Positions 59,910 through 64,000 of a stretch of DNA of 64,000 bases are shown here, piece after piece. The stretch comes from Ignavibacteriota bacterium (lineage in GTDB: Bacteria; Bacteroidota; Ignavibacteria; Palsa-1295). Within the stretch, counting starts at the first letter, position 1; each line of letters opens with the position of its first letter. The notes under the pieces were generated by a model. The model ran no database searches. It had not been told where the DNA came from and saw nothing but the letters and a program-made list of their open reading frames with translations. The stretch lies in NCBI GenBank assembly GCA_963787835.1, contig CAWBEI010000002.1, positions 704,001 through 768,000 on the forward strand, written 5' to 3'. Both the position numbers and the translations under genes were made by a program.

Positions 59910-61492
59910 CGTGATAATTGAAATAGAAGCAGTGTGTCTTGCCAGTGTAACCCATCGAAATAATCGCGGCCCATGTCACCATTCGTGCCAGGATAGCTCC
60001 CCTTCAATATGCCAACTCTCATTACTTGCCGATAGAATGGATCGTCCCGCATTCGATCTTTAGGATAGACCGGCGAATTATACAACACCGCATAATTGAC
60101 ATGCTCCTTTATAAGGAACGAATCTATTGGCAGAAAATATAGTGGGAATGATATAAAATGATCGGTCATCGCCTGAATGCTGGTATCCTGCGAAAGACGG
60201 TCAAGCGCAAACGGCTCGCACACAACGCGCGGCTTACCCGTTCCTTGCCAACTCGAACGAATACTCTCCGTTAAACTATGAATATTCGCTCGATTGGATC
60301 GGTCGATGGCGGCAGCAGTGGACATCGCATTCCAACTATCATCAAATCCAAACCGAACGCTGACAAGAGCAAGCAGCGTAAAAACTGTTACACCAACATA
60401 TCCCCAGCGTTCTACGATGGTAGTAGCAATGAGTGCAATACCGAGAAAAATAAGTGGAAGCAGGTGCATCAAATAATTGATCTCCGCGCCTTCGAGAAGC
60501 AGCCAGCTAAGAAACACAATCCCAACTGCTATTACAAATGAATGTCGATGCTCGGAACTTCGTCTTGGCACGATCACAAACAAGAGCGCTAATACAAAAG
60601 CCTGAGGAGCCTCCGATACGAATTGCTTAAAGCGGATCACAATATTAGAAACCTGAACCGAACGCGAGAACGGACGCCGTATAGGGATCGAAGAAATGAC
60701 ATCGTGAAACTGCACGGGACCAGCCGTTACTGCAAAAAGAGTAAGAATCCCGCTCGTGCAATAATAGACGGCGACCAGAATCGACATCATTCCCGCTGCT
60801 CCAGCAATTGCAGCGGCTGTCAGCGACCACCGCTGCATTCCCCCAAGCCTCCAGAGGAAGTACAAAGAAACCGGTCCTAGCAAGGTTAGTAAATGGATCG
60901 ATGAACTAAAAGCCAGAAAAATGACAACCGCTCCATATCCGAACCAACCCCATGTGCCAAGTTCCTTCCTCTGTTGTGCAAATTTTGTGCATACCACAAC
61001 AAAAGCAAGCACGATACCGCCCGCTAATAGGTCCGGCCTCACAGAATGACTCGCAAAAAAGAACGAGCGCGTACAAACAAGAAGCAACGACGCAAGTGCG
61101 GAAGCAAACCGAGATGCCCCCAACCATCGAGAGCAAAAATACATTGACAAGAGCAACCCGAACGCCAACACTGCTGTAACTACTCTTCCAACTGCAACAG
61201 GATCGTGCCCAGCGACCAATGCTGGGAACCCATATAGAAGCGAAGAAAGCCACGTCATGCTAAGCACAAGCCCCTTGCCATGTTCAAGTGTCGAGCCAAT
61301 TGCCAACGGATAGTGAACAACGCCGGTCGCGATCTGCTGCACTGCTTCGGTCATGAGCCACGTTTCGTCACCGAACCACCGAAGCGAATTCGGCTGCGGA
61401 AAAATAAAAAGCGACTGGAGTTGCAGCGCGAACAGCACACATGCCAGCGTGAGCATCGAAAATGCGATCGTATTTGGGATCCGTATCTTCAT
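59906..61492 (-). CDS. GT-C glycosyltransferase (WxGDExWLM paralogue 1)
   Basis: Likely start MKIRIP at 61492; WFGDETWLM, SHSVRPD and FSRSVQ motifs. Confidence 0.72.
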   Translation of the reverse strand: MKIRIPNTIAFSMLTLACVLFALQLQSLFIFPQPNSLRWFGDETWLMTEAVQQIATGVVHYPLAIGSTLEHGKGLVLSMTWLSSLLYGFPALVAGHDPVAVGRVVTAVLAFGLLLSMYFCSRWLGASRFASALASLLLVCTRSFFFASHSVRPDLLAGGIVLAFVVVCTKFAQQRKELGTWGWFGYGAVVIFLAFSSSIHLLTLLGPVSLYFLWRLGGMQRWSLTAAAIAGAAGMMSILVAVYYCTSGILTLFAVTAGPVQFHDVISSIPIRRPFSRSVQVSNIVIRFKQFVSEAPQAFVLALLFVIVPRRSSEHRHSFVIAVGIVFLSWLLLEGAEINYLMHLLPLIFLGIALIATTIVERWGYVGVTVFTLLALVSVRFGFDDSWNAMSTAAAIDRSNRANIHSLTESIRSSWQGTGKPRVVCEPFALDRLSQDTSIQAMTDHFISFPLYFLPIDSFLIKEHVNYAVLYNSPVYPKDRMRDDPFYRQVMRVGILKGSYPGTNGDMGRDYFDGLHWQDTLLLFQLSR

Positions 61493-61508
61493 TATCTCGG
61501 TAGATTCA

Positions 61509-63125
61509 TCATCGTTGGTTAACGCGATACAGCCGCAATGTGTCCGGCTCCGATAACGTGGTATCGAAATACGATCGTCCAATATCGGTGAAGTATCCGG
61601 GACGTTCCCATACCGGGGTAGCGATATGAGCGAGCGCCGCGCGGATCGGCCCCACCTCACGCATGTAGTCCGGCTTTAGAGCACTCGAGTAAAGCAGGAC
61701 ATAATTCACCCCTGCACTTCGAAGCACAGAATCCACAGCCACGTTCTCCAAAGGATATTCAATAAATTGCGTCGTCATAAGCCGCACATTGGTATCCCGC
61801 ATCACTTCATGCACGGCTGGATTGAACGCAAGCACAAGTGGATGCTGGCCAGAATCAGGTTGCTCTACTTCTCCAAGAGCTGCCCCAACGGCAAGGGCAT
61901 TTGATGTCATCAAATGGTAACCTTTTCCATGCCTGCCCGGAACATCGCGAAAAGCAACGATCGCAAGAACAATACTAGCACACGCAATGGCCCATGTCCG
62001 CAACTCTTCTCCTAACAGTCGTTTCAGTGCTAGCGCCACTACAACGCTAAGAACAGGCAGCATATAAATGAGATAGCTCGATGGGGCCGAGCTTTCAAGT
62101 TCCAGCCATGAAAAGATCACTACTGCTAATATTACCGAAGTTTTGGAAACAGAAAGTGGGATAGGTTTACGAATATATTGAACAATAGCGAGAACTGCAA
62201 TTGATGCGAATATAAAAATATACCCAAACCCATACATACTTAACATACTCCACCGCTGAACGAGGTTTGCGGCTTGCACCGAGCGTGAATACATCCGCAA
62301 TGCAGGAATATCGTGAATGTTCAGAGCAAACGAATTACTACCCTGCGACCCAAAGAGTGTAGCGCCGCCACGAAGCGCAGATATTGCGATCAAGAATAAT
62401 AAGAATATCACACCCCCACCAATGAATGCAGCAATCATTCGAGGACGATGATTGTGGGAATGGAATATGGCGGTCACTAACGCAGCCAGAGTAAGAGCGA
62501 TCGTCACATGGATGGTGATCAGCATGGTGGCCGCAATTGTGCATCCAAGAATGGCAGCACGAAATATCGTCAGCTCCCGATGAATGCGTAGAAGATAATA
62601 AATTCCGCCAACGATCGCAAGCGCGGAAAGAATATCGTACCGGGCAGAGTGGCTGGTAAAGAGAAACGACCGTGAGGCGAGAAGCAAGAATGCACTGAAG
62701 AGTGCGAGCAGCCTGTCAGAGGTGATCCTTCGTGCGATCTCGTATAAAACAACGAGCAGCGTGAAGGCAAATATCGCGGTAATGCTCCTGCCGAGCAACA
62801 CAATATCCATTTGCTGTGGGCTGACCAGAGCCGCTGGAATCCCATACACGATGGCTGGCACCCACATATTGCCAAAAATAATTCCACTTCCGTACAAGAG
62901 ACTGGAACCAAGTGCATAAGGATGTTGAAAAATCCCGTGCAATATCTGGTTACGGAATTCAAGCATCAGCCAACTCTCATCCCCCCACCAAAGATAGGAA
63001 TCGGGGATGGGCGTCGAATAGAGCGACAGCATTTGGAGCAAGAACAAAGCGGACGCAAACGCGAGCAATCCGGAAAATACGATTTCCTCGCTTCGGGAAA
63101 AAAGAGATGAAAACTTAATGCGCAA
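61509..63125 (-). CDS. GT-C glycosyltransferase (WxGDExWLM paralogue 2)
   Basis: WWGDESWLM, SHSARYD and YSRSVQ motifs; many TM helices. Confidence 0.75.
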   Translation of the reverse strand: MRIKFSSLFSRSEEIVFSGLLAFASALFLLQMLSLYSTPIPDSYLWWGDESWLMLEFRNQILHGIFQHPYALGSSLLYGSGIIFGNMWVPAIVYGIPAALVSPQQMDIVLLGRSITAIFAFTLLVVLYEIARRITSDRLLALFSAFLLLASRSFLFTSHSARYDILSALAIVGGIYYLLRIHRELTIFRAAILGCTIAATMLITIHVTIALTLAALVTAIFHSHNHRPRMIAAFIGGGVIFLLFLIAISALRGGATLFGSQGSNSFALNIHDIPALRMYSRSVQAANLVQRWSMLSMYGFGYIFIFASIAVLAIVQYIRKPIPLSVSKTSVILAVVIFSWLELESSAPSSYLIYMLPVLSVVVALALKRLLGEELRTWAIACASIVLAIVAFRDVPGRHGKGYHLMTSNALAVGAALGEVEQPDSGQHPLVLAFNPAVHEVMRDTNVRLMTTQFIEYPLENVAVDSVLRSAGVNYVLLYSSALKPDYMREVGPIRAALAHIATPVWERPGYFTDIGRSYFDTTLSEPDTLRLYRVNQR

Positions 63126-64000
63126 TGGCCGGCAGTCTATATAATATCAGGGTATCGAGCGACAGATCTTCATTCAACGCATCTGTGGAAAAATAATCCC
63201 TGTGAACGTCGAAAAGGATTCCGGTTTTGCGAAGAATAATCTTCCCTAAGCTATCTGCAATCGGTCGCAACGCCCGGTAATCAGCCGAATAGATCGATCC
63301 ATCATGTGAAGCATACAGAAGCATATATTGGACGTTAAGTTTTCGCAACACATTCGCAATAGGTTCACTCGAAGTTGGAAAGCTTACGAGATGGGTTGTC
63401 ATAAGCCGCACACTTTTTTCATGCTCGAGCATAGCGATCGCAGGATTTTGAGCTAGCACGATCGGGCGCTCGGCTACTTCACTGCTTCGAATTGAATCCA
63501 TCGCTTCCATAAGTGCTGCGTGGTTATTTCGATCAATTATGCCGGCTGCTCGTACTGCGCGCATCGCATCGCTGAACCCAAAAGCAAAAAGGATAATGGA
63601 AAGAGCCGTCACTATTATGCATGAGGCAAGCGTTGATCTCCACCTCCTATTTATTCCTATCACGATCGCAAGAATAAATAGCGGAATTACTTGTATATAA
63701 TAATATAGCGCCGGACTTTGCAATAGCAACCAAGCCAGACAGATCACAATTGCTGCACGCGAAATCCATTTTTCACGATCCGATCTGTGGCTCAATGGAC
63801 GAATCGCAAATCTTAAGATAGTTGCGGCAACAGCAAGCAGCAAAAATGCCGGTGCTTCATTCCACAGGCCATGGAAACGCTCCAGGATATTTGCAAACTG
63901 CACCGACCGAGAAAACGGACGAAGAATCGGTAACTCCGCCGTAACACTTTGAAATTGATTGGGCGCGGTCGATGGACCATACAAGGAAAACGGTGCGCCG
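63115..64000 (-). CDS. GT-C glycosyltransferase paralogue 3 (5' part outside window)
   Basis: PILRPFSRSVQFAN, LMTTHLVSFP, RDYF and DTLILYRL shared with the two downstream paralogues. Confidence 0.7.
   Translation of the reverse strand, partial: GAPFSLYGPSTAPNQFQSVTAELPILRPFSRSVQFANILERFHGLWNEAPAFLLLAVAATILRFAIRPLSHRSDREKWISRAAIVICLAWLLLQSPALYYYIQVIPLFILAIVIGINRRWRSTLASCIIVTALSIILFAFGFSDAMRAVRAAGIIDRNNHAALMEAMDSIRSSEVAERPIVLAQNPAIAMLEHEKSVRLMTTHLVSFPTSSEPIANVLRKLNVQYMLLYASHDGSIYSADYRALRPIADSLGKIILRKTGILFDVHRDYFSTDALNEDLSLDTLILYRLPAIAH

Overview
A gene-dense 64-kb bacterial chromosomal segment of roughly 50% GC. It most likely comes from a Bacteroidota/Ignavibacteria-Kapabacteria-like organism, judged from T9SS C-terminal sorting domains, a PorZ-like gene, DUF2795 and TAnnTTTG promoter boxes. 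Housekeeping genes (pyrBC, uvrA, oppB/C-type permeases, an EF-G paralogue, GH57, rnhB, yraN, ribH, msrA, a PLP aminotransferase) are interspersed with envelope modules. These are: (i) a di-haem oxidoreductase-Rieske-porin operon sharing a 21-bp palindrome with the neighbouring fur gene; (ii) three signal-peptide-bearing phage-tail-fibre-like proteins, two of them directly followed by a T9SS cargo gene in regulator-flanked cassettes; (iii) an ECF sigma / barrel-ended anti-sigma / lipoprotein operon with a divergent candidate sRNA; (iv) two tandem M1 aminopeptidase-Omp85-like fusions, both carrying palindromic repeats in the same protein loop, one with an in-frame TGA; and (v) an array of at least six GT-C-type membrane glycosyltransferases. 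Several REP-like palindrome families occur. Three clear and one possible single-base frameshifts suggest long-read indel errors, so pseudogene calls are provisional. No rRNA, tRNA, CRISPR array, integrase or transposase was recognised. All family assignments come from motif recognition by eye, not database searches.
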